Under the pieces are notes generated by a model. The model searched no databases and had not been told where the DNA came from. It saw nothing but the letters and a program-made list of their open reading frames with translations. Made by a program: the position numbers and the translations under genes. From the human T2T-CHM13v2.0 reference genome, Homo sapiens: 64,000 bases of DNA. Of this stretch, positions 11,470-25,904 are shown piece by piece (within the stretch, counting starts at the first letter, position 1; each line of letters opens with the position of its first letter). The stretch lies in the NCBI RefSeq assembly GCF_009914755.1, contig NC_060928.1. One strand, 5' to 3'.

Positions 11470-14200
11470 AAAGAAAATAAAGGCTTTTTCAGGTAAGTGA
11501 ATAAACACATGTCAAAGAAAACAGCGAGAACAACAAGTAACATCAACTAAGCAGTGTTTGAGACCAGCAGACAACACCAAAATACATTTTAGGGCTGAAT
11601 TTTAGAGAAAATAATTATGATCTTATGCAGAAGATCCAAATTTTAAAGAAGCAGTAAAGAGATGATAAAGGTAAATACATGAAAAAATGCTAAATGCATG
11701 CTTATGAATGAAATACTAAAGATGATAATGATCATCAGTGGTATTTTCAAAACACAGAGTAATGGTATACATGATAACAGTAGCATATGAATGGACAGGA
11801 AGGTAAAAAAATTAAAGTGATCTACATTTCTTTAGTTTCTGGAAATAAAGTAAAGGTGTCATTTAAATTTAGACTTTAAAAACTAAATATGTATATTGAA
11901 ACTTTAAGAATACTGAATCAACCAGAACAGACCATGGCTACCAGTTATAAACAGATAAATTGGTTAAATATAATCAATTCAATAGAAGAAAGAAGAGAAA
12001 AAGATGCGCAGAATAGGTAAGGCAATTAGCACCACAGATTGAGATTTAAACGCAAATGTACCACAAATTACATTAAGTATACATAGACGAAATGTTTTGG
12101 TTAAATGATAAAGATTATAATACAGAAAAAAATGCAGTGATTTACTATTTATAAAATAACGTTTTTTAACATAAAGATATAGGAATTTGAAAGTAAAGCA
12201 ATAGGAACATATTTAGCATACAAACTTTAAGTAAAAGCAAGTTAATACAGCTATTTTAACCCCAGACAAAAACAGATGTTTGAAAAAGTACATTAATAGA
12301 AATCTGGAAGTCATTTCATAATAATCATTATAGCTCACCAAGAAGATATTTCAGATTTTTATGTGCCTAATGATAGTCTCAAAATACATAAAACAAATTG
12401 AAATAATGAAAACAGTAATAGATACATTTACAACATCGTGAATTTTAACAAATCTCTATCAGTAATTGATAGATTAGAAAATCAGCAAATTGAATCCAAT
12501 AATATGTTAAAAAAACGAATGTACCATGACAAAGATAGGTTAATCCCAGGAATGCAAGTTTAATTTAACATTAAAAAATTATTATTGTTTTAATTAAAAA
12601 AATTAATCTATAAATAAAAAACATACTTGAAAAAATTAAAGTTATTCAGGTTTAAAAATTTTAGTCAAAAAAAGGAAAATTCTGAAACTGAGAAAGGATA
12701 TATTCAAAAAGCCTAAAATGTACATAATAAATAATTCTAAAATATTAGAAACTTTCCCTTTGAGAATGAGTATTTAAAATGGACCTAGAGATGTGGGTCA
12801 TTCCAGTAAGACAAGAAAACAAAACAGAATATAAGAGAATAGAAAAGGAAGACACAAAATTCTCATTATTTTCATGTGATATATTGTTAATACAGAAAAT
12901 ACAATAGAATGTACAGATAAATTATTCTAGTAGAGCTTAGCAGTAGTGCTACATACCAAAACAATATGCAAAAATCAATTGGATTTCAATACAACAACAA
13001 ACTAATAGGTAGAAAAAATTTAAAAATATTTTCTTAACAATTGCATCAACAATATCAAGTACCTAGAAATAAGTGGAATAATATGCAAAACTTCTACAGT
13101 GAACATTACAGAACTTTATCAGAGATATATAGAATAACTAAAAAACTGACAGATATACCATGTTCATAGATTTGGAGGCTCAATTTAAATATATGGATTC
13201 ATCTAAAATTAATTGATAGATATAATCTCAGTAAATATCAAAGCATCCAATATTTTTCAAGAGAGACCCTATAATATGATAGTAAAATTCAGATATAAAT
13301 TTTAAAAGCCTAATTTTTTAAAGTATTGAAGAAAAACAAGCAAGTGAAAGAACTTTACTATGTATAAGAGCCTATTTTAAGAATTATAAAATGATGTTAA
13401 AGGCATTGATTTTAATGTCAATGCAATGTAATTAAACATCTAGAATATATGCATATATATATATATAAACACTTAAAGACAGTGTGTATTTGTACACCAA
13501 TTTTCATAGAAACATTATCTACAATAGCCCAAAGGTGGAAACAACCTAATTGACCATCAACAGATGAATGGAAAAAATGTGGTATACACATACAACTGAA
13601 TATTATTCAGCCTTTAAAAGGAAGGTAATTCTGACACATGCTGCAACAAGGATGAACCTTGAAGACATTATGCTAAGTGAAATAAGCCAGACAGAAAATA
13701 TCATATGATTGTCTTACATGGGATACCAAGAGTAAGAAAAGACATAGATACAGAAAGTAGAATGGTGATTGTCAGAGGCCAAAGACAGCCATAAATGAGG
13801 AGTTATTTAATGACTACAGAGTTTCATTTTGGGAAGAGGAAAAAGTTCTGAAGATAGATAGTGGTGATGGTTGTACAATATAAATGCACTTAATGGCATT
13901 GAACTATACATTTAAAAATGGTTAAAACTTAGAAATATATATAACATATATGCGACCATAATAAAAAAGGACAGTGATAGCACCATAGAGTAATCGATAG
14001 CACTTTTTATTTTTCTTTAATGATTTATGCTAAGAAACAAAAGTGAGTTCCAGGTAGATTAAAAACATATACGAAAGACAAAACAACAACATGTCAAGAG
14101 TATAACATAGAACTTTAGTATAAGAAAACAAAACCAGAAATTAAATTAAATTAAAATTAATTAAAAACCAGAAAAAGTGATGACCAAATAGAGAAAAAGA
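11470..14200 (+). mobile_element. Old L1M body with nested L1MB-like 3' end (~13480-13965)
   Basis: A-rich sense L1 motifs (taatcccaggaatgcaag, caaaaatcaattggatttc, agatataccatgttcataga); 3'UTR motifs ggatgaaccttgaagacattatgctaagtgaaataagccag. Confidence 0.75.
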
Positions 14201-14249
14201 ATATTCATTTTCCCGAACTTGTTGAACTAAACATTAACATCTTTACATT

Positions 14250-14950
14250 GTAATGTATGTAATTGTACCTTACTCCAAAATTAGAATCATTGACTGGGTA
14301 ATACAGGAAAAGACGAAGTTTTTTTTTGAGTGGAGTTTCTAGAATCAGTAAGTTAGAATGATAGGAGATATGGATCTCAGAGGGAATGCTTAAAATTGAT
14401 ATTTTGGATATGATACAAATATTGAGAATGATAATCATGATACTAGTTGGAAGCTGAACTGGGCTGGAGGAAAATATAATTGTTAATGAGAAAGTTAAGA
14501 AAAAGAGAGATCCAAGTCATGGCTGAAGTATCCAAGTGTATCTCAAGAGTCATCAAGAAAGGTGATCAGGTAAAAGGTGGAGACCGCTATCATGAACGTC
14601 TTAATATCTTTTTAAAATAAGAAAAATACCTGGGAAGTTAGAAAATGACATAAACAAGGAAGGGGGTAGTGCTTGTTATATACAATGACATAAACTTCAA
14701 AATTTAAGATTCAAATTTTTTGTGTGGGCAAAGGACAGTAAATAGCTTGGAAGTGAAAGGTAGGCGAAGGATAAGTCTGCCTCTTTTTTAGCCCTCAGGT
14801 GTTAGGGGTATGAGTGCAAAACAGTCACCCTTTACTTCAGAGGGCTCAGGAGAAGTGGTAGCCTCACAGATGGCCCATATTCAGTCCAGTAGAAAAAAAA
14901 AATCAATGAAAACTTCAAAAAAGTTTAGGATTTGGAGCAATTTTGTTTAT
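14250..14950 (-). mobile_element. L2 fragment (probably continuing at ~15890-16060)
   Basis: Purine-rich degenerate sequence typical of antisense L2 ORF2. Confidence 0.4.
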
Positions 14951-14963
14951 AAGTCTCTGTACG

Positions 14964-15876
14964 TTTTTTTTTCTGGGTGTTCAATGAGATTATATTTCTT
15001 TTTTTTCTTTTTTTTCTTTTATTATTATTATACTTTAAGTTTTAGGGTACATGTGCACAATGTGCAGGTTAGTTACATATGTATACATGTGCCATGCTGA
15101 TGTGCTGCACCCATTAACTCGTCATTTAGCATTAGGTATATCTCCTAAAGCTATCCCTCCCCCCTCCCCCCACCCCACAACAGTCCCCAGAGTATAATGT
15201 TCCCCTTCCTGTGTCCATGTGTTCTCATTGTTCAATTCCCACCTATGAGTGAGAATATGCGGTGTTTGGTTTTTTGTTCTTGCGATAGTTTACTAAGAAT
15301 GATGATTTCCAATATCATCCATGTCCCTACAAAGAACATGAACTCATCATTTTTTATGGCTGCATAGTATTCCGTGGTGTATATGTGCCACATTTTCTTA
15401 ATTCAGTCTATCATTGTTGGACATTTGGGTTGGTTCCAAGTCTTTGCTATTGTGAATAGTGCCTCAATAAACATATGTGTGCATGTGTCTTTATAGCAGC
15501 ATGATTTATAGTCCTTTGGGTATATACCCAGTAATGGGATGGCTGGGTCAAATGATATTTCTAGTTCTAGATCCCTGAGGAATCGCACACTGACTTCCAC
15601 AAGGGTTGAAGTAGTTTACAGTCCCACCAACAGTGTAAAAGTGTTCCTATTTCTCCACATCCTCTCCAGCACCTGTTGTTTCCTGACTTTTTAATGATTG
15701 CCATTCTAACTGGTGTGAGATGGTATCTCATTGTGGTTTCGATTTGCATTTCTCTGACGGCCAGTGATGGTGAGCATTTTTTCATGTGTTTCTTGGCTGC
15801 ATAAATGTCTTCTTTTGAGAAGTGTCTGTTCATGTCCTTCGCCCACTTTTTGATGGGGTTGTTTTTTTCTTGTAAA
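14964..15876 (-). mobile_element. Young L1PA (L1PA2/3-like), 5'-truncated, with short 3' transduced segment
   Basis: tttagggtacatgtgcacaatgtgcaggttagttacatatg 3'UTR; ORF2 C-terminal peptides in ORFs 15403-15890; TSD aagtctctgtac(g/a)tttt at 14951 and 15877. Confidence 0.95.
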
Positions 15877-16145
15877 AAGTCTCTGTACATTTTAGAGGGC
15901 AGAGTGGAAGGGTGTGGCAGGTGGGTGAGAATAGGTCAGTTAGTCGAATGCATAGACCAAGTGTGGGAATTCGGATGAGGGCGATGATGATAGAGAACTG
16001 AAGGATGGGATCTAGTGGCTTCCTGTAGTCACAGAAGTAAGCAGAGATGAGAGCTTTAATGTCAGGTGGTAACTTCCTTTTTTGCAGCTGAGACATAGCA
16101 AGCTCTGCCTGGAGCTCTTGCATGCTCTATTCTTTTCAAAATGGG

Positions 16146-16790
16146 GCAATATCAAAGAGATATCTGTACTGCCATGTTCATCGTAGAATTATTCTCAAAA
16201 GCCAAGACATTGAATCAACCTAAATATCCATCAACAGATGAATAGATACAGAAAATATAGTATATATACACACAATGTGATACCATTCAGCCATAACAAA
16301 ATAATGAAATCCTGTCATTTGCAGTAACATGGATAGAACTGGACGTCATTATGTTACGTGAAATTAGCCAGATGCAAAAGAACAAATTAACGTTGTCTCT
16401 CTTTTAAGAAGAATCTCATATAATCAAACATATAGAAGCAGAGAATAGAATGTTGGTTGCCAGCGGCTGGTTGGAGGTATGTATCAAAGAATACAAAGTT
16501 TCAGTTATGCAAGATGAAGAAGTCCTAGTGATCTACTGTACAGCATGGTGCCTATAGTTAGCAATATGGTATTGTACACTTAAAAATTTTCTAGGAAGGT
16601 AGAGCTTGTAAGTGTTATCACACACGTACACACAATGGCAATACATGTAGAGTGCAGGAGGAAACTTTTGGAGGAGATGGATGGGTTTAAGGCATAGATT
16701 GTAATGATAATTCTGTGATATTTACTTCTCTCCAGCCTCCTAAAGTTGTATATATTGAATACAAACAGATTTTTGCATGTCAACCATACC
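16146..16790 (+). mobile_element. L1MA/L1MB 3' end
   Basis: tcaaagagatatctg...gaatcaacctaaatatccatcaacagatgaat...gtttcagttatgcaagatgaa...ctgtacagcatggtg. Confidence 0.85.
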
Positions 16791-17063
16791 TTATTGGGAC
16801 AATATCAAAGTGTCTCAAAGATAATGACCAACAAAAGTGCTCAGTATTGTATCTCATGAGAATGTTTAGGGCCTTAAGAATATTGTCAGAATTTTTGATA
16901 TGTGACATCAGCTGAAAGACATAAACTACGCTATTGGTGCTGGGAAATAAATACCATCAACCTATATTTTAATTCATTGTTTATTGGCTCATTTAGTCTC
17001 AGATTTTAGGCTGGATGTAAGACGGAGAAGTGAATTCAGCAAGTAGCAATGTTGGTTACATTT

Positions 17064-17337
17064 CTTTTTTTTTTTTTTTTTTTGAGACGGAGTCTCGCTC
17101 TATCGCCCAGGCTGGAGTACAGTGGTGTGATCTCGGCTCACTGCAAGCTCTGCCTCCCATGTTCACATCATTCTCCTGCCTCAGCCTCATGAGTAGCTGG
17201 GACTACAGGCGCCTGACACCACGCCCGGCTAATTTTTTTTTTGTATTTTTAGTAGAGATGGGGTTTCACCATGTTAGCCAGGATGGTCTCGATCTCCTGA
17301 CCTCGTGATCCGCCCATCTCGGCCTCCCAAAGTGCTG
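17064..17337 (-). mobile_element. AluY, slightly 5'-truncated
   Basis: Diagnostic gttagccaggatggtctcgatctcctgacctcgtgatccgccc and gcaagctc; TSD gcaatgttggttacattt at 17046 and 17338. Confidence 0.95.
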
Positions 17338-17874
17338 GCAATGTTGGTTACATTTTTAAGCAGGAAAGGGTTAACTATGACTTTGTCTTTATGCTTCTAT
17401 AATATAACGGAGCATCTGTCCTTTGAGAAAAAGGGTTCTAATTTAGGAGATACAGAAAATGTATAACACTTGTGAATTTTAAGATTTTTACTATTATTTT
17501 AAAGCTCTCTTATATTTTTGATATTTTGATTTTGATATATTTTAAAAATCTCTTTTATTTTTGGTAGCTAATGTTGATGAAAGAACAACTAAAGCTGTAC
17601 TATGCTTTCCTTAATGAGCATTGAAAATGTTGATGAAGCAGAAAATCCTCAGTGACCAAGACATTTTACAGCATGAATATGGAAGGCTGCCACAGTCCTT
17701 CTCTATTCCCAGTTTGTCTTATTTTGCTTGATATATCAGCCTATTGAACTTGGTTGGGGAGTAAGCATTTGGATTATTCCATTCTCTTTACATGTTACAA
17801 TGGTGCCTCTTGAAAGAAAGGGAATGTAGCTAACAGTTTTGGGAAGAGTTCTATGAGTCACTTCCTATATTATT

Positions 17875-18010
17875 ACTTGCAATCTTCACAATCCACTGAT
17901 GGAGCCATCATTATTGACAACCTTACGGTTAAAGCAATTGAGGCTCAGAAAGGTTAAGTGAATGGTACAAGGGTACTTGTGTAACTCATTGTTGGAATTG
18001 GGACTTGAAG
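17875..18010 (-). mobile_element. MIR fragment
   Basis: tgaggctcagaaaggttaagtgaat core. Confidence 0.6.
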
Positions 18011-19130
18011 ATAAAAGGAAATATTTCACTTCTGTATTTTTGGGCTCCCACGAAAAAAATAAAACTTACTTAAGACCCAAGTCCTAAGAGCAAGAGACAC
18101 CAGCAAACAAAGTCTATAAGTCGGGGGTGCCCTGGCCTCTCATCCAGGATATGCAGATTCTAAATTCCTTTACACAAATGATGTGTACCGTTATACAAAT
18201 AATTTGTTTCATCAACTGCCCAGGGGGAGCCTGAGAATGCCCTACATGTGTTATAGGATTACCACAAGGATCAAGGAAGATAATTTATATTAAAGTGCAT
18301 GGTAAGGGATAGGGCCACACAGATGTGGATGCCCTTGGTGGTGGCATTTTCTCATCCCAACTTTCTCAGGGATGAGCTGAGTGAGCAAGTACTGCATATT
18401 CTGGTATGGATTTGGCATTTTTATGAAAAGCAGAAATTACTGAGTTGAGATTTCACTGAGTTCCCTAATGCATGTGTGTGTGAGTCCTGGAGGAGGGATG
18501 AGAACCTTGCTAATCATCAGCTGTTCATTGTAGAGGTGTAGGTTAGCAGGCACCACAGCCAAACTAAGCTGCTACTCTCTGAGGCATACCAGCAGTAGGA
18601 TGAGCAAAGGCATGAAGGCTAATTGTTTTTTTTTTGATATTTAATTAGATATTTCTCAAGGGAAGGCTACCCAGAGTCATTTCAAATGATAACAAGAATA
18701 TAAATATTTATTACATTCTTAATATGTGCTAATTCATATGCTAAGGTATTTTTATGCACTTACTCCCTGATCTCCTAAAACAATTCTATGTGGTAGATAC
18801 TATTACTGTTTTCCTTTTTTTTTTTTTCTTTTTCAGAAAGGGAGGCTAAAACTTAAAAGCAAGAAAATTGCCCAGGCCCCCACTGTTAGTGAGAGACAGA
18901 ACCCAAATTAGGTACCTGACTCTAATACTTGTAGGCTTAACCATTAGAGAACGCCTACTTGTACCAAGTAATTAATTAAATAAGGCAAACTTATACTGAG
19001 TGTTTTCTATGCAACAGATATTCTCTTATCAAGGAGAGTTTATCTATTAGGTGTTCAAAGGGTAATTATAACAGAGAAAATTGCAATTAGAGAATAATAA
19101 ATACCATGTTAGAAATAACCTAGAGGCTGC

Positions 19131-19588
19131 TGTATCAGTCAGGGTTCAACAAGAGAAGCAGAATATCCATTGATTGATACACTCATTGATGTATTCATTG
19201 ATTCCTTGATGTGTGTATGTATCTGTGTATGTGTGTGTATGTATTGATTTGTTTATTTTAAGAAATTGGCTTGTGCAATTGTGGGGCCTAGCTAGGCAAA
19301 TCTGAAATCCATAAAACAGGCTATCAGGAAGGGCTGGCTGGGATTCTTAGGCATGAACTGCTGTCTTCAAATATAATTTATTCTTCATCAGCTCCAGCTC
19401 TGCTCTTCAGGCTTTCAGCTGATTGAGTTAGGCCCCCTAGAATATGTAGGGTAATCTTCCTTACTCAAGGTCTGTTGTGAACTTTAATTACACCTACAGA
19501 ATTCCTCACAGCAACACCTAGAACAGTGTTTGGTTAAATACCTGCGGACAATAACCAAGTCTGATTGACACATAAAAGCAACCATCAT
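19131..19588 (-). mobile_element. MLT2-type ERVL LTR
   Basis: tgtatcagtcagggttc...gaaattggcttgtgcaattgtgggg...cacagcaacacctaga...ttgacacataaa.caaccatca. Confidence 0.75.
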
Positions 19589-20612
19589 AGCACCTAACTC
19601 AGAGCAGGAGAGAAGGAGTAAGACATCAAGAAAAGTTTTGTGGAAGAATCTATTCTTAAAATGATTCTTAAAAGATAGGTTGAAATTAGCTGGAGTCAAA
19701 GTGGAGTCCAGGAGTTCCAGGTTGACAAGGGAATCCACAGCTCTCAAGACTACTAGATTGTAAACCACTTGAGGGAAGCAAGTCCATGTGGCTCTATCGT
19801 TCACCTCTGCTTAACCAACACCTAGTCATGAACAAGACAGATTATTCTTGTGAAAATATAAATGGAGTTAAAAAGAACTGTCATGCATCCTGGAGACCTC
19901 AAGAAACAGACGGCTTAGAGCCGGGCTTTCCAAAAAAGAATTTAGAGAAGAAAATAAATTTGGGAGGCATTCCAGAGAGCACCCAGTGAGGACTCTGCTG
20001 GACTGTGGCTCCACCTCCATGGCTGGTGCAAAGTTTGCTGCCCCTTGGCTGCAAACCCCTCCATAGCTTCCCACTTACATGCCTGTACTTCTGTGTTCCA
20101 TCACTATGCACCTGCGGCTGCTACCACTACTGCTTCTGCTAATGCTGTCGTTAAAACTAATGGCTACCACGCGTGGTCGATTATGTGCTACGTCCTGTGC
20201 AAGGTATTCTATGTGCTTACATAGATGTTTACAATAAGCATGTGAAAAGGTATTATCTTCATTTTACACGTGTGAACTTTGAGGCTGTGTGTGAACATAT
20301 GTGTTTGTGTGTATTTTTCTTTATTATGTCATTAAGAACCATCAGAAATTTTTCACTTCTCCTGCCATTAGAATCATACCTGTACTAGTAAGACAGAAAC
20401 CTTATCAAGTGTGAGCCATCAAATTGAGTGAACTTCGTATCGTTTAACTCTTTCTTAGTTCTGTCTTAGGTGTTAGCACACCTGGGTTAAAGTTTTTAGG
20501 TCTTCTGCCAAATAGTAGGTTTGTGGTTTTAGGTATATTACATAACGTTTCTGGATCTCACTGCCTACTTTTTTCGAAAAAGCACAGTAATGCTTTCTCT
20601 GTCTGTCTTACC

Positions 20613-21890
20613 AATGAATAGTATTGACATTTTAATAATATTAATTTTTCCGATCTACGAGGTGGAAATATCTTTCCATTTTTTGTGTGCCCTCTTCAAT
20701 TTTTGTCATCAGTGTTTTATAATTCTCTTTATATAAATCTCTCACTTATTTGGTTAAATTAATTCTAGGTGTTTTATATTTTTTGTAGCCATTATAAATA
20801 GGATTACCTTCTTTCTTTTTTTTGATTGTTCACTGTTGGCATGTATAAATACTACTGATTTTTGTATGTTGATTTTGTATCCTAAAACTTTACTGAAGTT
20901 ATCAGTTCTAAAATTTTTTTTCTGGAGTTTTTGGATTTGTCTAAATATAATATCATGTCGTCTGTGAATCAATAGGTATATGAAAATATCCTCAACATCA
21001 CTAATCTTCAGAGAAATACAAATCAAAACCACAATGAGGTATCATCTCACCCCAGTTAAAATGGCTTTTATCAAAACAACAGAGAATAATGAATGCTGGC
21101 AAGAATATGGAGAAAGGCGAACCCTTGTATGCTGCTGGTGGGAACATAAACTAGTACAGCCACTATGAAAAATAGTATGAAAGTACCTCAAAAAATTAAA
21201 AATAAAACTACCATATGATCCAGAAATCCCTCTACTGTGTATCTATCCAAAAGAAGGCAAATCAATATATCAAAGAGATAGCTGCGGTCCTATGTTTATT
21301 GCAGCACTCTTCATAATACCCAAAATATAGAATCAACCTAGGTACCCAGTAATGGATGAATGGATAAGAAAAGGTGGTATGTAGGCACACTGGGATGTTA
21401 TTTGCCGCAAAAAGAATAAAATTCTATTTTTTGTAGCAGCATGGACAGAACTGAAGGTCACTGTGTTAACTGAAATAAGCCAAGCAGAGAAAGACAAATA
21501 TCACATGTTCTTACTTACAAGTGGGAGCTAAAAAACTGAATCTCATGAAGATAGAAAGCAAAGTGATTACTAAAGGCCTGGAAGTGGGTTGGGGGAGGGA
21601 TGCAGAATAAAGAGATATTGATTAATGGGTAAAAAGAGACAGTTAGATGGAAGAAATAAGACCTAGTGTTTAATAGATAGATCAGTAGCATGGTTATAGT
21701 TAATAGTAATCCACTGTAAATTTCAGAGTAGCTAGAAGAGAGTAATGGAAATGTTACTAGCATAAGAAAAGATAAATATCTAAGGTGATGACTATCCTAA
21801 CTAATCTGATTTGATCCTTGCTCATTATATGAATGTATCAAAATATCACATGTACCCTGAAAATATGTACATTTATTATGTATCAATATT
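20613..21890 (+). mobile_element. L1MA element with inverted 5' segment (antisense ~20613-20966, sense ~20967-21890)
   Basis: Antisense ORF2 (ttgattttgtatcct...atcatgtcgtctgtgaa) abuts sense ORF2 end and 3'UTR (caacatcactaatc...atgtaccctgaaaatatgtac). Confidence 0.85.
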
Positions 21891-21984
21891 AACCAAAGGA
21901 ATGAGACGGTAGATCACAATCATATATTACCACCACCACTATTGTTGAGACTCCACTACCTACAGCACCAAAGCAAAATTCGCT

Positions 21985-22140
21985 GAGCCTTTGTATAATA
22001 TGAGCCAGGCACTCTTCAAGTTGCTTTATATCACACTCTGACCTTTGAGGGAAGCCTATTATCCCCATCTTGTAGGTGAGGAAACTAAAGCACAGAGCAA
22101 TTAAATAAATTGCTCAAGGACACAGGGTTTTAAGTCTTGA
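21985..22140 (-). mobile_element. MIR fragment
   Basis: attatccccatcttgtaggtgaggaaactaaagcacagag core. Confidence 0.7.
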
Positions 22141-22969
22141 GAAAGGATTTTAATGCCTGTAGGTCTACTTGCTGCTTCTTCTCTTCAGCCCATGGAAACC
22201 TCTCCCAGAAGACACCATTTTTCTTCTAGGTGAGCACCATGTACTAATTAATGTACCAATGATATTTTCTAGACACCTTTGCATCCTGTTTTAAAAAGAA
22301 AAATGCAGCCGAAAGTCCACAGAAGAAAAGTACGGTCGTTTTGCACATTTTGGATGCCTGCATTTTAACCTTTGGCCACAAATAGATAAAACGGTTGCTT
22401 GAACTTACTGGTAGCAACTTAGACAGGTGACTCAGAGGACACATGGTAATATTTCTCAAGAAGATGAAAATTGGAACTTGCAAAAATTTATCAAGGATAT
22501 TCTTCAAAGACTCCGGGATCCTTTTTTGTTATGTGATTTTCACAGTGACTGGCAAAAGAGGGGCCATTTATCTCTAATGCTCTCATTTTGAGAAGTACAC
22601 TCTGATCTGTAAGATAGCAGATGTGACTTTTTAGTCTTTTTATCCAGGTATATTACACTGACACCCATGAATGCCAAAGGAACAAGTGAAAAAAAAGTAT
22701 ATCTATTAGAACAAAATCAAAGTTTTCTGAAAATGGAAATGGATCTATTTTAGGATTCTCTAGTGAAGGCAGTCACCTTATCAGGGTGCAGAGAAAGAGT
22801 TGGAGTTGGAAAAGTTGATGGTGAAACTTTTTAAAGATTTCACCAAGTTTGGCTAGAGTTCTTATTCTCCAAAGATCGTCATTATTAGTACTCCAAATAC
22901 ATTCAGCTCTAACCAGGCAGTTTTTTTCCAATCAATTTCTTCTGTTTAAACTGTAGAAGGGGTCACGTG

Positions 22970-24160
22970 GTAAAATCTCTCTGATTACTAAAAATGTGCA
23001 TATGCTTTGATCTAGTTCCTTCCTGGATTTTATCTTACTGACATACATATATGTGTGTTTGAGAATTTAGATACAAGATCATGCTTTATAATGGAAAAAT
23101 TTTAGAAACAACCTAAATCTTTATCAATAGGGAACACTATAGCTTCAACATGTGTCAAGTAAAAATTGACAGAATTTTAATGAAAAGTTGACTAATTAAC
23201 AAGTATATCTTCAAAATTTTCAATACTGCCTTTAATAAAAATTGAGCAGTCAAATTACTAAGGCTATAAGTGATTTGAATAGCACATTAAAAGCCTGCTC
23301 TGATAAATATTTATAGAACATTACACTCAATGTTAGTGAGCACACACTCTTTTCAAGCACAAATGGGACTTTTGCAAAAATTGACAATGTAACAGAGCAC
23401 AAAACAGAGCTAACTAAATGTGAAAGAACCAGAGTCAATCAAATATTAATATTTAATACTTTCTCTAACCACAATGCAATAAAATTGTAAATCAATGAAA
23501 AAATTGAGAACTGAAAAACCCAACAAAGGATTACTATCTGAAATGTATCAAGAACTCATATACTATAAAAATAAAATAGCTGAATGCATAAATGGACAAA
23601 GATTATAAACATCTGATTCCCAGGGAAGGAACCAGAAATCTCTATACTTAAATTAAAGAAATTCTTGATCACACTAATAATGAAGGAAATTAAAATTCCA
23701 GTAACAATAAGACATCATGTTACAGATTCACCAACTTGAGTATATCTTATAAGGCCAGTGTTTGCAGAGACGTGGGAGGAAAGAAACACATTCATTGTTG
23801 GTGATGTGTTGGTTGGCACAATAAGAAGGGCATGCCCTTTCTAGCCAGCAATACTACATAAACTTTCCACCCCACAGAATGATTTGCCTTTTAAGATTTC
23901 CATGTAGAAGAATTCTTACCATGGTACTGTTGATAACAGAGAAAGTATGAAACAACCTAATTGTCCCACAGAAGGGGAATGCTATATTCATACAATGAAG
24001 GACTAAATAGAATTTTAAAATAAATATGATATTTACATGCATTGATGCATTCATGTATGCACACATGAAAAATCTAAAAACATAATATTGTCTGAATAAG
24101 GAAGCCACAAAAAGATATGGAGAGTATGACAGCATTTCAGTAGAATTTAAAAAATAAGAA
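22970..24160 (+). mobile_element. Old L1M fragments
   Basis: cacactcttttcaagcacaaatgggac, ttctctaaccacaatgcaataaaatt, aaacaacctaa motifs. Confidence 0.6.
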
Positions 24161-24165
24161 GTATT

Positions 24166-25046
<881 letters not shown>

Positions 25047-25540
25047 ATATTCTTATCCAATAAGAAGGTACTCTTATCCAAGAATGTATTTAGTAACAGT
25101 TAGAAAAAAATACAAGAAATACTACATATCAAGGTGAGGAAAATGGTAATGTCTGGAGTGGAAATGAGGAGTAATGAGTGAGGGTTAATTTTTTTGTATA
25201 TATGAAATTTTCCATTTTCCTCCCTTTCTCCTTCCCTCCTTATCTTCCTTCTTCCTTCTTTCTCTTCCTTTCTACATGAGTTCTTAAGCAAATGTGTCAC
25301 AATTTTAAAACATTTTTTTGTTGATGGACACACAGGTTTTGTTTATATTCTTTACTTGTTTCACAGGAACAGTTATTTTAATATACAATAATACAAAATT
25401 AAATGACAACTTTGAGAGTAAGGATTCAAAATAACATTAAAACACAGATGTAATATTTACTTATGTACCAAATATCCTTGGCAAGAAATACAATAATTTT
25501 TTGTTTATTGATGGTAGCTAGACATAACTATTTGTACAAA

Positions 25541-25778
25541 GTCAGGAGATCAAGACCATCCTGGCCAACATGGTGAAATTCTGTTGCTACTAAAAATACA
25601 AAAATTAGCTGGACTTGGTGGCATGCACCTGTAGTCCCAGCTACACGGGAGGCTGAGGCAGGAGAATTGCTTGAACCCAAGAGGCAGAGGTTGCAGTGAG
25701 CTGAGATCGCCACTGCACTCCAGCCTGGCGACAGAGTGAGACTCCATCTCAAAATAAATAAATAAATAATAAATAAAA
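25541..25778 (+). mobile_element. AluS, 5'-truncated
   Basis: gtcaggagatcaagaccatcctggccaacatgg...gactccatctc(aaat)n. Confidence 0.92.
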
Positions 25779-25904
25779 ACTGAACAATACAGTGAACAAT
25801 TATTAATTGCTGAAGTTTTAAACATTTCACCCTAATTCCTTCATATTTTTATTTTTTATTTTTTTCTCCTAACCTTGTTTTAGTGCCTTCCCTAGAAATA
25901 TTTT

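Noticed and set aside
15403-15890. ORFs with L1 ORF2 C-terminal sequence, also at 36496 and 20980
   Set aside because: They belong to 5'-truncated L1 copies, not functional genes.
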